Shown: positions 7,993-20,455 of the stretch, in pieces
Layout of the letters: each line of letters starts with the position of its first letter
Numbering within the stretch: the stretch's first letter is position 1
Source: Candidatus Latescibacterota bacterium
Lineage (GTDB): Bacteria > Latescibacterota > UBA2968 > UBA8231
Reading direction: 5' to 3'
DNA: 64,000 bases
NCBI GenBank assembly: GCA_965206595.1
Contig: OZ242214.1
Location: forward strand, 4,384,001 to 4,448,000
Notes under the pieces: generated by a model
Seen by the model: the letters and a program-made list of their open reading frames with translations, nothing else
The model's database searches: none
Told to the model about the DNA's origin: nothing
Translations under genes and position numbers: made by a program

Positions 7993-9734
7993 TCACGACT
8001 TGAACGGCCGGTACTCGACCAGTGCCGACCGTCCCACGATTTCCACGATCCGCGCGGTCATCTCGACGCCGTTGACATCGGTGAGCCTCAGGTCTTCCCC
8101 AGGTACAAAATGCACCGGCTGCTGCTGGCCCTGGTTGATGGCGATGTTCGAGGCGTAGAGATAGGTCCGGTCGTGGGTGTCTCGTTTAGGATTCAGACGC
8201 CCCTTGAGCCCGGGAATGTCACCGGTTGCCTCGGGAAGAATCACCGCGCCGCCGCCGGAAAGGGGTTTGAGTTCCACGGCCAACGCACCATCCCCCGGGA
8301 CCCACCCAAGTTCAAGGTGTGCGGCAAAGCCCTTGGCGGCGACGTACACCGTCATGGGAAGGTCCGTCGCGTACAAGTCCATCGCCGCTTCTCCGTTCGC
8401 GTCTGTCATGGCTCGTTTCCAAGTGTTGTTGGGAAACAGCGCCAGTAAATCGGCTCCCGCGACCGGCCGATCATCTCGACGAACCGTCACCGCGACAGTG
8501 GCTGGCGTGGCATTCGTGGCCGCGGCGGGAAGCGTCAGGAAGAGGTCTGACTCAGCAAGAATCCAATACTTGGCGGTTTTCCCGCTCAACGCCTCGGTCT
8601 CGCGCAGGATAATGGGAACGCCATCGCCGCGACGCTCCATGAAGAATTGACGCTTTTCGGACCCGGGAATGTCGCCAACGGGCATTCGTCCGAGCGCGGA
8701 TGCGATGGTTTCGTTGCGCGTCGCTTGCCGAGCTGCCATGCTGTCGATGGTGAGATTGTTCGCCAGTCCACCCGGCGAATTGATTTCTATGCGGTCTGCA
8801 AACATGGACATTCGAATTCGGCTGCCGCGGATCGAATAGTCCCGATGGGCGACGGCATTCACCATCGCTTCGAAAAGTGCTTCGGCACTGTACTGAGGAA
8901 GGTCCATGCGGGCAGGTTTCTTGTACGCCCCAACGCGCATGTTGCGCATCACAAAAGCCATTGCGTCCGCCACCTGCTGGTTGATCGGACCCGTGATGAT
9001 CCGCGCATCCAGTTGGCCGGATGCCCGGTCCTTCCCGCGATAGTGGGTCGCGGTAACGCAAGCGTTGGGAAGCCACTGCTCGGGGGTGTGGGTACACAGG
9101 AGAATCCCCGCCACCGTGGCTCTCACTGCGCCGTTCTCATCCCTGCCCAACAGCGCGAGTTTTTCCAGTGCCGTTTCGGGACCGGCCCGTCCGCTCGCGC
9201 TGAGCAGCGGCTTCCAAAGTGTTTCCTCCAGCGTGCGGAATCCGGTATTCGGCACGGGCTGCTCGTCGAACCAGCGATAACGCGCCTGGCCGCGCTGTTG
9301 AGCCAATCGCATTCGCTCGTCGCTGGCCATCTGGCGTTTGGAACTGCCGACGCGCCGGAAGCTGCCACCCGGACTGTCGTACTGCGCGGTGCCTTTGGCT
9401 ACTGTGACGGCCAACAGTGCTTTGTCGTCGAGTTTGTGGCGGGTAATGGCTACGTCGAAGAGCGGTGGCTTGATCGAGTGGGAACACAACTCGACCACCA
9501 TGCGTTCCAAAGCGTTCATTTGTTCTCGCGACATGCCCTGTACTTCACCGGCGTCGGTGACACCACAGAGCAGCACACCGCCGCCGGCATTGGCAAAAGC
9601 CGCTATTTCATCTGCCAAGTCGTTTCGTTTTGGTGCCGTCGGACGGTCGGCGCGGAACTCGACCTGCTTGAACTCCCAGTAGCTATCCTCACCTGAATCC
9701 AGTTGGCGTTGGATATCGTCTGTGTCCATACGCA

Positions 9735-9738
<4 letters not shown>
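7993..9738 (-). CDS. AlbA_2/Schlafen-domain plus RecG-C-like HATPase protein with a beta-rich C-terminal domain
   Basis: GEDSYWEFK...[18 protein letters not shown] (AlbA_2) and [13 protein letters not shown]...[11 protein letters not shown] (HATPase_c_4). The last ~170 aa are beta-strand-like rather than the usual wHTH. Confidence 0.85.
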
Positions 9739-11336
<1,598 letters not shown>

Positions 11337-11362
11337 ATAGCTGATTCCTGCGTTTTTGTAAC

Positions 11363-11884
11363 TCAACGTCTCAGCTTGCGGTACTCCTCGCAGGACTCAG
11401 ACAATGAAGGCGGGACGGGTGACCGGAGTTCTTGGGTCTCATGGCACATTCTGTACAATTTGTCTGCAAAGCAACGGTGCTCTGCCGGGGTCCGGCGGGA
11501 ATACCTCTCATTTTCGTCAACAGATTCGCCGTCAAGGTAGGCAAACCAAGTCTCAATATTCCGGCGCGGAACGAGGATGATCACCGGGTCCTCTGGTTTT
11601 CTTGGATCTATCTGTTGGATCGTGCACTCATCGTCAAGCTGAGATCGGCGGAATTGAGTCGTATGCTTGTCCGCGTCGATGACGCCTATCAGGAAGGCGT
11701 TTTGCCGGCTTCGAATCGCCTTCATTTCCTTGGGGTATTTTTTCCGGACCCAATTCTCCGCTGCTCCGGACGCGAAAGGAAAAGTCTGTATGTCACGCTT
11801 GGTGAAATTACGTTTGCCCAGAAACCGGCGAACGAACCGGTCCGTGGTCGAGTCCTCGCAGAGCAATACAATCCGGACGCTCAT
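11363..11884 (-). CDS. Small TOPRIM-like protein (DUF4276/RloB-like), partner of the ABC ATPase
   Basis: IVLLCED...LIGVIDAD...PRRNIETWF pattern (E...DxD). ATG at 11884 overlaps the ATPase stop (ATGA). Confidence 0.6.
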   Translation of the reverse strand: MSVRIVLLCEDSTTDRFVRRFLGKRNFTKRDIQTFPFASGAAENWVRKKYPKEMKAIRSRQNAFLIGVIDADKHTTQFRRSQLDDECTIQQIDPRKPEDPVIILVPRRNIETWFAYLDGESVDENERYSRRTPAEHRCFADKLYRMCHETQELRSPVPPSLSESCEEYRKLRR

Positions 11885-12987
11885 TCCCAACGTCTTGCAA
11901 TGGTTTCGGAAAGCGACAGGCCATCTACCGTATTGTTTGGTTTCTTGCTCACCCGCACCGGGCCGTCTCCTTCGCGAAAGAACCATCTGCCGTTCGCGCC
12001 TGCCATGTAGTCAATCGTTACCGGGTGATGGGATGCTACGACAACCTGGCCAAGGGATTCCCCGGTTCGGTCCGCCGCTTCCGCGAGCCAAGGCTGTACT
12101 TCCCCAAGGGCGAGGTAGTTGTCGGGTTCGTCGACAAACAGCGAAACCTGCCCATCCGAGGAGAGGTGGATCAGGCTGTACATGGCGATCAGGGCCCGTT
12201 GACCATCCGAGAGCTGATCGAAACCGTAGCGGATTGGCTCGGAGGACGGGCCTTTAAAGATTGCCTTGAGGGCGCGGGAGTTCTCTCCGGATTCCGTCAA
12301 ATTGATCGAGTCGAAACCAGGGAGGGTTTCGCGAAGTGCCTCGAACAGCGAAAAAATGGAGCGCATATTTTCCTGTGCAGCGCGGCGGTACCAGCCGACG
12401 AAATTCTGCATCAAAGGATCCAGGAACTCGTCCTCGGTTCTCGTTTCGGGTGCCATTATCGGTGGACAGCAGCTGACGACTATGTAGTTGCCAATCTCTT
12501 TTTTGAACCGAGTCAGCTTCTTATTGTCGGTCCTTTCGTTTAGGAAGCTAATTCCGGACTGCGACCAATCGCAGGGATATGATGGGCCTTTGGAGTAATC
12601 GTCGTGGTACAGTTGCGCGTCACCATTTTTGAATGCAAAGATCGGGTTTCCCTCGTGTTCAAGCGTTTCTTCCCAGACTCGCATCCTATTGCGAGGGACG
12701 TCATGCTCAACCATCAGGGAGTAACGGTAGGATTCTTCGTCGATCCGTGTTTCAATTTCGAATCTTTGTTCGTTGCGTTGTCCGTACAGGGAGATGTCCC
12801 GGGCAGGGAACACGGTATCCACTTTCCAGCCCCGAACGATCAGGTTCTGGATGTTTCTGAGTACGTTCAGGACGGAGGTCTTGCCTGTTCCGTTCCGCCC
12901 TAGAAAGACGTTCGTTGGGTCGAGATCCAGTTCGAAATTTTCCAGACAACGGAAGTTGTCCACGTAGAGTCTTGAGAGCACGGGCAT
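11881..12987 (-). CDS. AAA_21/ABC-type ATPase (OLD/RecF-like)
   Basis: VDNFRC, Walker A GRNGTGKT, signature LSDGQR, Walker B LFVDEPDN and H-loop SHHP. Confidence 0.9.
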   Translation of the reverse strand: MPVLSRLYVDNFRCLENFELDLDPTNVFLGRNGTGKTSVLNVLRNIQNLIVRGWKVDTVFPARDISLYGQRNEQRFEIETRIDEESYRYSLMVEHDVPRNRMRVWEETLEHEGNPIFAFKNGDAQLYHDDYSKGPSYPCDWSQSGISFLNERTDNKKLTRFKKEIGNYIVVSCCPPIMAPETRTEDEFLDPLMQNFVGWYRRAAQENMRSIFSLFEALRETLPGFDSINLTESGENSRALKAIFKGPSSEPIRYGFDQLSDGQRALIAMYSLIHLSSDGQVSLFVDEPDNYLALGEVQPWLAEAADRTGESLGQVVVASHHPVTIDYMAGANGRWFFREGDGPVRVSKKPNNTVDGLSLSETIARRWE

Positions 12988-13164
12988 TCACCTTTGTCGG
13001 TAGGACTTGCCGGTCCGCTTATGTGACCGTCTCATTTCAAGGTGGCTTGGATCGTATTCACCTGTCAAGAAGTCCCGGACTTCGTTCGCCTTCAAGGCGT
13101 CGCTTTCTCCGCATGAACCCACGGACGCCCCGACCGCGTCGCAGTCCAGGCGCAACCGAACACC

Positions 13165-14985
13165 TCACCTCTTCCAGAAACAGGACACCTTCAGCTGCAG
13201 CGAGCGGTTGGCCTGCTGCAGCCCTCCCTCGGTATCCCAGACCTGGTTGTACACCACGAACAGATCGCTGCCGGGCAGGAAGCGGTAGTTGAACAGGAAG
13301 TTCCCCCCACCAGCTCGCGGGCGCTGTTCCACTGCAGGAAGCCGCGCGCGAACATGTCCGGGGAGAAGGAGTAGAGGAAGCGGTGCCCGAACAGGTGGGT
13401 GTTGAAGGCGCCGTCGGGCAGATCGATGCGGTTGAACTCGTACTTCCCCTCCAGCTCCAGGCGGGCGATGCGGCGCCAGACCGCCTTGGTTGAGACGCGG
13501 CTGCGGGTGCCGTTGAAGAAGGCGCCGCGTTCCGGGGCGAGATCCCCCGAAAGATGGCCTGCGGTGGCGAATCCCGATCCAGTCGCCGGCTTCGAGGTTG
13601 AACCTCGAGATCGCGGCTCTGCAGGATGTTGTCACGGTCCGTCAGGTAGGTGAAACGGGGGGACAGCGAAAGCTGGCGGATCCAGCCGACGTCCGGCCGG
13701 GGCCGGTAGCGCCCCTGGCCCTTGAAGCGGCGGATGCCGGTGCGCGGCACGAAGCCGACTTCGGGCGAAAAATCCTCTTCGACGTCGAGGTAGCTCAGGC
13801 TGGTCTCGAAGCGGCTCCGGCGGTAGTCGAGCTCCAGCAGGCCGGCGCCGTCGCCCCCCTCCGCCGCGGGGGTCCAGGTCCCGGCGGCGAAGCCGCGCAG
13901 GTTGAGGGCGGCCTGCAGCAGCGACAGGGAGAAGTCCATGCCCGCGGTGCGGTTGTAGTCGGCGTCGGAGCCGGGCTGCTTGTCGATGGCGATCAGGCCG
14001 AGACTGGAGCTGCCCGGCAGGTCGCGCTTGAGGCGCAGGACCGTGAAGTCGGTGCGGGTCACGTCGAGGGTGTCGAGGACGTTCACCTGCAGGGTCTCGA
14101 CGATGGCCTCCCCGCTCAGCTCGGCCCGATCCTCGTCGAAGAGGTCGCCGTCCGCGGTGAGGAAGCGGTCTTCCTCCTCTTCGTCGACGAAGGTCATGGC
14201 CTGCATCGTCATGCGCAGGGTGCCGACCTGGTAGGGTCCGGCGCGGCCGGTGAGCTTGCCCCCGGCGAGCACGGGCAGGTGGTGCCCCTCTTCGATGCCG
14301 ATGCGGCGGCTGTAGAACATCAGGGTGGGAGGCCGTCCTCCCAGGCCCTGCCTTTCGACGCGTTCGCCGAACTCGAAGATGCCGGCCCCTTCGAGGAAGA
14401 AGTCCCGTTTTTCCGGAAAGAAAAGGTTGAAGCGGGTGAGGTTGACCTGCTCCTGGTCCGCCTCCACCTGGGCGAAGTCCGTCTTCCAGGACAGGTCGAG
14501 GGTCAGCGAGGGGGTGAGGCCGTACTTGAAATCGAGGCCGGGGTCGAGGTCGTATTCATTGAAGTTTTCCGCGGCGAAATCGCGCCGTGTGCCGCTCAGC
14601 ACGAAGGGGACGACCGCCATCGGCGGGCGGCTGCGGAGCCGGCCCAGGCCCTTCAGCACCGCCAGGCGCGAGGTGCGGTAGCGGCCCCAGTAACCGTAGG
14701 CCTGGGGCGGCGGCACGAGGAAGACCTCCTCGTGCCTGCGGCGGATGGCGCGTCGTCGAAGAGGATGCGGACTTCGGTGCGCTCGCTGGGCGGGGCCCCT
14801 TCGACCGGCTCCCGCTGGAAGAAGGCGTCCATGACCGGGGCCTGCTGCCAGACCGGATCGTCGAGGCGGCCGTCGATGCGAGGGGGTGCGGCCGTGCGGG
14901 CGGCCTGGACTACGGGGGTTTCCCCGGCCTGGACAGGTGCGGCGAGCAGCGCAAGGAGAACGGCGCTTTTGAGAATGGAGGACCG
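13165..14985 (-). pseudogene. DUF5916-type outer-membrane protein, fragmented
   Basis: Signal-like LLALLAAPVQA and PRIDGRLDDPVW at the 5' end (start codon not found). Also TDFAQVEADQEQVNLTRFNLFFPEKRDFFLEG, FYSRRIG and C-terminal YRFLPGSDLFVVYN. The gene is spread over several frames with deletions. Confidence 0.8.
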
Positions 14986-14989
14986 TGTT

Positions 14990-17845
14990 TTACGGTTGTG
15001 GTCTGGAATTGGTGGCTGAAAATTTTTGTCTGATTTCGGTCACTGCATTCATGATCTCCGCGGGCAGGGGTTCGAGCTCTTCGCCCAACTCCGCCCTTAT
15101 GGCGTGCCAGAGAGGCTCCATCGATTCTGCCAGCCCCGCAGCTTCCATAATGTCCTTGACACGTGGTCCATGGCCGGCGGCGACCGCGCGGATCAATGAC
15201 TCAGTCAAACCCGTTACCTCTTGTTTCTGCGATTCGCTCCTGGTTATGCGAAGGGCGTGTTCAAGCTGGTCCAGCGCTTCTGTCCATTTGCCTCGACAAG
15301 CCAGGATATTGGAGAGCGTCCGGAGCGCATCCGGGTTTTGTGGGGCCAATTCCACTGCGCGACGGGCATGTTTCTGGGCCTCCGGAAGACGCTCCGTGTC
15401 GTTCTGGTTGAGGATGGCTTGCGCCCAGGCGGTCCATGATTTATCACAATCAGGATCGATTTCCGACGCAGTTCTGCAAGCGGATTCCGCTTCTCCATTC
15501 CTTCCCTCCAGATTCAATGTAGCTGCTACGGATGCTAGCCCCTTGGCGGTCATGCGGCGCAACTTAATCGGGTCGTCTCGATGTATGTATTTCCGGGCCA
15601 ATTGGGATGATGCGCTCAAAAGGTCGTGGTTTCCCAACTCGTACTGAACCATTCCTCTGAGACTTGCCGCTCCGACTGCCAAGTGGCGCATTGTCACTGA
15701 ATCGTCTTCCCGGATGTACTCGGAAATCCGTTCCAAGGAACCAGCGGCCTCTTTGTACCTGCTTTGGTCGGTAAGAATGCTACCGTTGGCAGACAGCGCA
15801 TTGACGGCCAACCGCCGCAAGTTCTCCGAGTCGTCCGGACGGATATATCTGGCAACCTGTTCCCGGGCAGTGAAAGCCTCTTCATCCCGGCCTAGTTTGC
15901 CTAGAATACGGCCCTTCGCCGCGATTGCCTTGGCCGCCGTGTGGCGCAGCTCCGCCGGGTCGTCCGTACTAATGTGTTCCGAAGCCCGTTGCCAAGCGGC
16001 GATAGCCTCCTCTTCCCGGTTCAGTTTGACGAGAAAGCTGCCGCTGAGCTCGGCCGCGATGGCGGCAGTTCCGCGCAACTCTATTGAATCATCCGGATCG
16101 GAATACCTGGAGGCCTGTTCAAAGGCTGCAATGGCGTTTTCTAGTTGTTCCAGCTCAGCGAGAGCTGTCCCCTTTCCTACCAAGGTTACGAAGGTCAAAA
16201 TTCGTAACCCTATTTGGTCACCTTTATTGACTCGCTCCAGAACGCAGTCATAGGCGGCTACCGCCTCTTCGGGGCGATCTTGCATGTCTAGAACGATGCC
16301 GAGCCCGAGCCAAGCTGCAAAGTGGTCGGGCTTAATCTCCAAGGCCTTCCGAAGCGCTGCTTCCGCGTCTTCAAAACATCCGGCCTGGTTAAACTTCAGG
16401 GCGCGCTTCATCCATTCTTCGAAATGGCTTGCCTTTTCGTTTTCTGCGAATTCCTCCCGTATGGTCTGGACAATGGGAGCGTTCGGACCGACGCGGTCGG
16501 CAACAATGGCCAGCGCTTCGCGCTGCCAGTCTTCGCGCCCCTCGAAGTGTTGATCACCCGCGACGTGTGGAGCCAGCACGCTCAGCCACTCGGACATCGC
16601 CGCGGCGCCCAGGCCATCGGCACGCAACGCGGCCAATGCGGCGGGGTACATCGTCCTCATACCGGCCGGGCCGAAAAGGTCGTGAAGGAACGCGACGAGC
16701 CGCTCGAGACGATCGCGTCCTGTGCGGGAAAAACGCAGTAGATAGTAGATGTTGTAGAAACGGTCGCTGACCTCGTACCGCGCCCGCTTGGCGCCGGGGA
16801 GCCGGACCTCGCGCACATAGCCCTTTTCCAGGAGTTGCTTGAGCTGGGCACTGGCGTGAGATGAGCTCAGCTTCGCGGCCCCGGCCACCTCCTTCGCCAA
16901 CATCGGCTTCCACCCCTCCGAGAGACAGTGGAATACCTTTCGGGCCTGAACCGGCAAATCCTCGATGCGGGCCTTGAAGTAAGGCGTCTGCTCGTCGATC
17001 AGCTGCTCCAGGTCCTCGATGGCCGGCCCAAGAGGGGACTCGATCAGCATCCGACAGGACAGGACCAGCAACCTTGGGTTTCCGCCGGTGAGACGGCGGA
17101 TCGTCTCCAGCCGTCCCTGCTCGCGGTCCAGGCTTCCCGGGATCTCGGGTTTCCCCTCAGAGTCGGCGACCGCTTCCAGCATCCGGCGGGTGTCAGCCTG
17201 TCCGAGACCTTCGAGGGTGAAGAGCCGGAAGAATTCGTAGAACGGTTCGCCGTGACTTCGGATGGCCTCGAAGACCGCGTTGGCGGACCCGAGCAAGAGG
17301 ATTTCCGGGCGCTCGATAAGGGAAGCGCGCAACGCATGAATTTCACGCTCGTTTCGCAACTGTCCGAAGATGGCGTCGAGATTTTCGACAAACAGGATCA
17401 GACGCTTCCCGCTTGCCTGGCTGAAATCCATGAGAGCCGCGAGGGCATACGCGGCGAGCCGTTGTGTGTCTCCTTCGTCCTCGGCTAGGGATTCGGCCCT
17501 GTCAGCCCAACGAGAATCCCCGGTGGCGCGCGTCAAGTGTTGTAAAGCGGAAAGCCAGAATTCCGCCAAGTTGTCGATCCCGTAGCTTTCCTCGTGGAAC
17601 GCTACGGGCTGCCATTGCGCGGCAAGGTTCGTATTGTCCGAGACCGCGTACAGGAACCGAAGCCCGAGGGTGGTCTTTCCCATCCCGCGCGGACCGATGA
17701 GCATCATGTGCTGGCATGGCCGGCCGGGCATCTGGCCGCCAATATCGCGAAGCATTTCGGCAAGGGTTTCCTCGCGCGCGACGAATGATTCCTTCAGCTC
17801 GCGGGGGGTCAGTTGGGCCGGATTGTAGAGACGCCGGCGGATCAT
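14990..17845 (-). CDS. STAND-like ATPase plus wHTH plus long TPR array
   Basis: Walker A GPRGMGKTT, degenerate Walker B LFVENLD, TGGNPR and wHTH (ASAQLKQLLEKGYV), then many TPR-like repeats. ATG at 17845 overlaps the upstream stop. Confidence 0.85.
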   Translation of the reverse strand: MIRRRLYNPAQLTPRELKESFVAREETLAEMLRDIGGQMPGRPCQHMMLIGPRGMGKTTLGLRFLYAVSDNTNLAAQWQPVAFHEESYGIDNLAEFWLSALQHLTRATGDSRWADRAESLAEDEGDTQRLAAYALAALMDFSQASGKRLILFVENLDAIFGQLRNEREIHALRASLIERPEILLLGSANAVFEAIRSHGEPFYEFFRLFTLEGLGQADTRRMLEAVADSEGKPEIPGSLDREQGRLETIRRLTGGNPRLLVLSCRMLIESPLGPAIEDLEQLIDEQTPYFKARIEDLPVQARKVFHCLSEGWKPMLAKEVAGAAKLSSSHASAQLKQLLEKGYVREVRLPGAKRARYEVSDRFYNIYYLLRFSRTGRDRLERLVAFLHDLFGPAGMRTMYPAALAALRADGLGAAAMSEWLSVLAPHVAGDQHFEGREDWQREALAIVADRVGPNAPIVQTIREEFAENEKASHFEEWMKRALKFNQAGCFEDAEAALRKALEIKPDHFAAWLGLGIVLDMQDRPEEAVAAYDCVLERVNKGDQIGLRILTFVTLVGKGTALAELEQLENAIAAFEQASRYSDPDDSIELRGTAAIAAELSGSFLVKLNREEEAIAAWQRASEHISTDDPAELRHTAAKAIAAKGRILGKLGRDEEAFTAREQVARYIRPDDSENLRRLAVNALSANGSILTDQSRYKEAAGSLERISEYIREDDSVTMRHLAVGAASLRGMVQYELGNHDLLSASSQLARKYIHRDDPIKLRRMTAKGLASVAATLNLEGRNGEAESACRTASEIDPDCDKSWTAWAQAILNQNDTERLPEAQKHARRAVELAPQNPDALRTLSNILACRGKWTEALDQLEHALRITRSESQKQEVTGLTESLIRAVAAGHGPRVKDIMEAAGLAESMEPLWHAIRAELGEELEPLPAEIMNAVTEIRQKFSATNSRPQP

Positions 17846-19041
17846 CGGCGGTAGTCCCTTCCGTGGTGTTTTCGCCACCATACCCGCAGGAGATTCGAAC
17901 GGAAAATCAGATGACCGTCTTCTCTCTTCACGTAACCGTCCGCCTCCAGATCGCTCAACACCGACTGAAATGTCTCGCTTCCCTGCCGCCGTAAGTCTTC
18001 GAGATCCGGAAAACTGACGCCGTCCTTACGCCGGCAGGCGAGGCCCAGGATGTCGTACGCCATTCCGCACTCTCGCTCGTCGAGAGCAATCTCAAGGCGC
18101 TTCTCGTAGTGGTCCAGGTGGGCGGTCCCGCTTGGTCCGGCAAGCCGCTCTTCAAAGCACTGATTGATCATTGCGGGCGAGACTCGGGAGGGATCGCCTT
18201 TACTCGCATCGCGAATCGCCGAAAAGAAAAGCTGCAGGTGGTACGGAACGGGATCATTCAGCAGGTCCAGGATCCGGTCGATGGATCCGTCATCGAGAGG
18301 GAAGTTGCAGGCGCAGGCCAGCTCCTCCAGGAATTGGACAGCGGTAGACCTGTCCCACGAGTTCAGCCGGAACGGTACGAGGTCGTTGATCGAGCCTGAA
18401 AGCCCGGCGCGCCGCAGGATGCCTTCGAGCCCGATCGATCCGCCGATGAGCGTGTGAACCTTGCTGCGTAGCGCCGGTGCCTGGCGCCAGTGCCGGAGCC
18501 GGGCCAGCAGCAGCTCGGCTTCGTGTTTGCGGTCAGCGTCCCTCAGAATGCGCGAGACGAGAATCGGCAGCTCGTCCAGGATGATCAGAAGCTTGCCACT
18601 GGCGTCGTCCAGGCTCGTGAGGCGCGCCTGGAGTTGATCTGCGGCATGGCCCCATTCACTGCCAATCGCCCGTTTGAGCTCGACGCGCAATGCGGGGATC
18701 TGGACACCGACACTTACTCCATTGAGAACGTCCTTGACCGCCTTCGAGAAGGGAATCGCTTCGAAACGGGTTCGATACCTGGGATGAGCCGCCAACTCCG
18801 CCAGTATCGAGGCGACGCAGTCAGCAGGGCCGTCGCCGCCTTCGACGTCGACATAGATGACCTCCCAGTTCTCCCGAGGAGCGCGATGGAGTTCCAGCAT
18901 CAGGCTGGTCTTGCCCACACGCCTCGGGGCGAGCATCAGAATGTGCTCTCCCTGCTCCAGATTTTCCCAGAGGCGGTCCAGTTCGTAGTCTCGGCCATAG
19001 AGGTCGTCGCCGAGTACCGCTTGTCCGATGATGTTCCGCAT
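17842..19041 (-). CDS. STAND/archaeal-ATPase-like AAA protein with C-terminal wHTH
   Basis: LYGRDYEL, Walker A APRRVGKTS, Walker B LIILDELP and C-terminal LSDLEADGYV...FRSNLLRVWW. Confidence 0.85.
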   Translation of the reverse strand: MRNIIGQAVLGDDLYGRDYELDRLWENLEQGEHILMLAPRRVGKTSLMLELHRAPRENWEVIYVDVEGGDGPADCVASILAELAAHPRYRTRFEAIPFSKAVKDVLNGVSVGVQIPALRVELKRAIGSEWGHAADQLQARLTSLDDASGKLLIILDELPILVSRILRDADRKHEAELLLARLRHWRQAPALRSKVHTLIGGSIGLEGILRRAGLSGSINDLVPFRLNSWDRSTAVQFLEELACACNFPLDDGSIDRILDLLNDPVPYHLQLFFSAIRDASKGDPSRVSPAMINQCFEERLAGPSGTAHLDHYEKRLEIALDERECGMAYDILGLACRRKDGVSFPDLEDLRRQGSETFQSVLSDLEADGYVKREDGHLIFRSNLLRVWWRKHHGRDYRR

Positions 19042-19080
19042 TCATGGTCCTCCCGGAATTGTCACTAAGACAAGCTAAAC

Positions 19081-19120
19081 GGCAAAAAATATTTTGGCAA
19101 TGATATTTTTGGCAAAATAA
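19081..19120. promoter_or_regulatory. Three phased 15-bp direct repeats upstream of the double-ATPase operon
   Basis: GGCAAAAAATATTTT GGCAATGATATTTTT GGCAAAATAA, 40-80 bp upstream of ATG 19041. Confidence 0.55.
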
Positions 19121-19144
19121 CAGTTGTCATTACTGTAGTGGTAA

Positions 19145-19786
19145 GAGAACGAGCCTGTCTTTCACGAGCCGTGGGAAGGCCGCCTCTTTGCCATGCAGGT
19201 GTCGGGGATGGTCCCCTTGTTTCCCAGTGGGGACGCCGGCCGCTACGCCTTGGAGCAACTCGACCCCGCGGAGTATGCAGGCACTCCCTACTACGAGCGC
19301 TGGCTGGTGCGCATGGAGAGACGCTTGGTGGAGCTGGGCATCCTGACCCGGGAAGAGCTGGATGACCGCATCCGGTACTACCGGCAGCATCCGGACGCGG
19401 AAGTTCCCCGCCGCGAAGACCCTGCCGTCGCCGGGCAGGTGATGGAGAGGGTGCGCAACCGCCTGCCGCCGCCGCGGGACTCGGGCACGCCTCCCAGGTT
19501 CCGGGTGGGGGAAGCAATCCGCACCAGGAACGATCACCCCAGGGGGCACCACCGGCTGCCGCGATACGCGCGCGGGCGTCGAGGTACCGTCGCCCTTCAC
19601 CACGGCTATCACGATCTGGCCGACGACCTGGCCCGGGGCGACCACAACCCCGAGGCGCTCTACAGCGTGAGTTTCGACGCGGCCGAGCTCTGGGGAGACT
19701 CGGCAGAGGGCAGGGGCAGCGTGTACATCGACCTGTGGGACAGTTATCTCGAACCCGCGGAAGCACGGGAGGTATTGGATGAGTGA
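19145..19786 (+). pseudogene. nthB: Nitrile hydratase beta subunit, 5'-truncated
   Basis: In-frame ENEPVFHEPWEGRLFAM starts right after TAA (19142-19144). YYERWL, GHHRLPRYARG and [12 protein letters not shown] are present, but the usual N-terminal HDMGG segment is absent. Confidence 0.85.
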
Positions 19787-20399
19787 GGATCACCGTCATC
19801 ACGGCGCACCGGAGTCCCGGGCGGCGCTGCGCACCAGGGCGATCGAGTCGCTGCTGGTGGAGAAGGGGCTGATCGCTTCGGACGCCATCGACGCCATTGT
19901 CGAAACCTACGAGCGGGACGTCGGGCCGTTGAACGGGGCGAGAGTCGTGGCCCGCGCCTGGTGCGACCCGGAATACAGGAAGAGACTCCTGGAGGACGGC
20001 ACCGCCGCCATCGCCGAGATGGGGTTCGTCGGCCGCGAGGGGGCGCAGATCGTCGTGCTGGAGAACACCCCCGGCATCCACAACCTCGTGGTGTGCACCC
20101 TGTGCTCCTGCTATCCGTGGCCGGTGCTGGGCCTCCCGCCCAGTTGGTACAAGTCCTTCGCCTACCGCTCCCGCGCGGTCTCCGAGCCCCGCTCGGTGCT
20201 GAAGGAGTTCGGCCTGGAGCTGGACGAGTCGATGGAGGTGCGGGTGTGGGACAGCACCGCGGAGGTCCGCTACATGGTGCTTCCGCAGAGGCCGGCCGGC
20301 ACCGAAGGTCTGAGTGAAGAGGAGCTGGTTCCCCTGGTGAGCCGCGACTCCATGGTCGGCGTTGCCCGGGCCGCGGCTCCGGAGCCGGTGGGGCAGTGA
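19779..20399 (+). CDS. nthA: Nitrile hydratase alpha subunit, cobalt type
   Basis: [22 protein letters not shown] (CTLCSC indicates Co-type) and [16 protein letters not shown]. Confidence 0.96.
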   Translation: MSEDHRHHGAPESRAALRTRAIESLLVEKGLIASDAIDAIVETYERDVGPLNGARVVARAWCDPEYRKRLLEDGTAAIAEMGFVGREGAQIVVLENTPGIHNLVVCTLCSCYPWPVLGLPPSWYKSFAYRSRAVSEPRSVLKEFGLELDESMEVRVWDSTAEVRYMVLPQRPAGTEGLSEEELVPLVSRDSMVGVARAAAPEPVGQ

Positions 20400-20455
20400 G
20401 AACGCGGCCGGCCCCGGAGATCGGTTCCATGGAAGGGGCCGAAGCCCTGCCTCGC
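20396..20455 (+). pseudogene. Nitrile hydratase accessory (P14K-like) protein, 5' fragment
   Basis: GTGA overlap with the nthA stop. [20 protein letters not shown] is followed by an abrupt switch to low-GC DNA. Confidence 0.6.
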
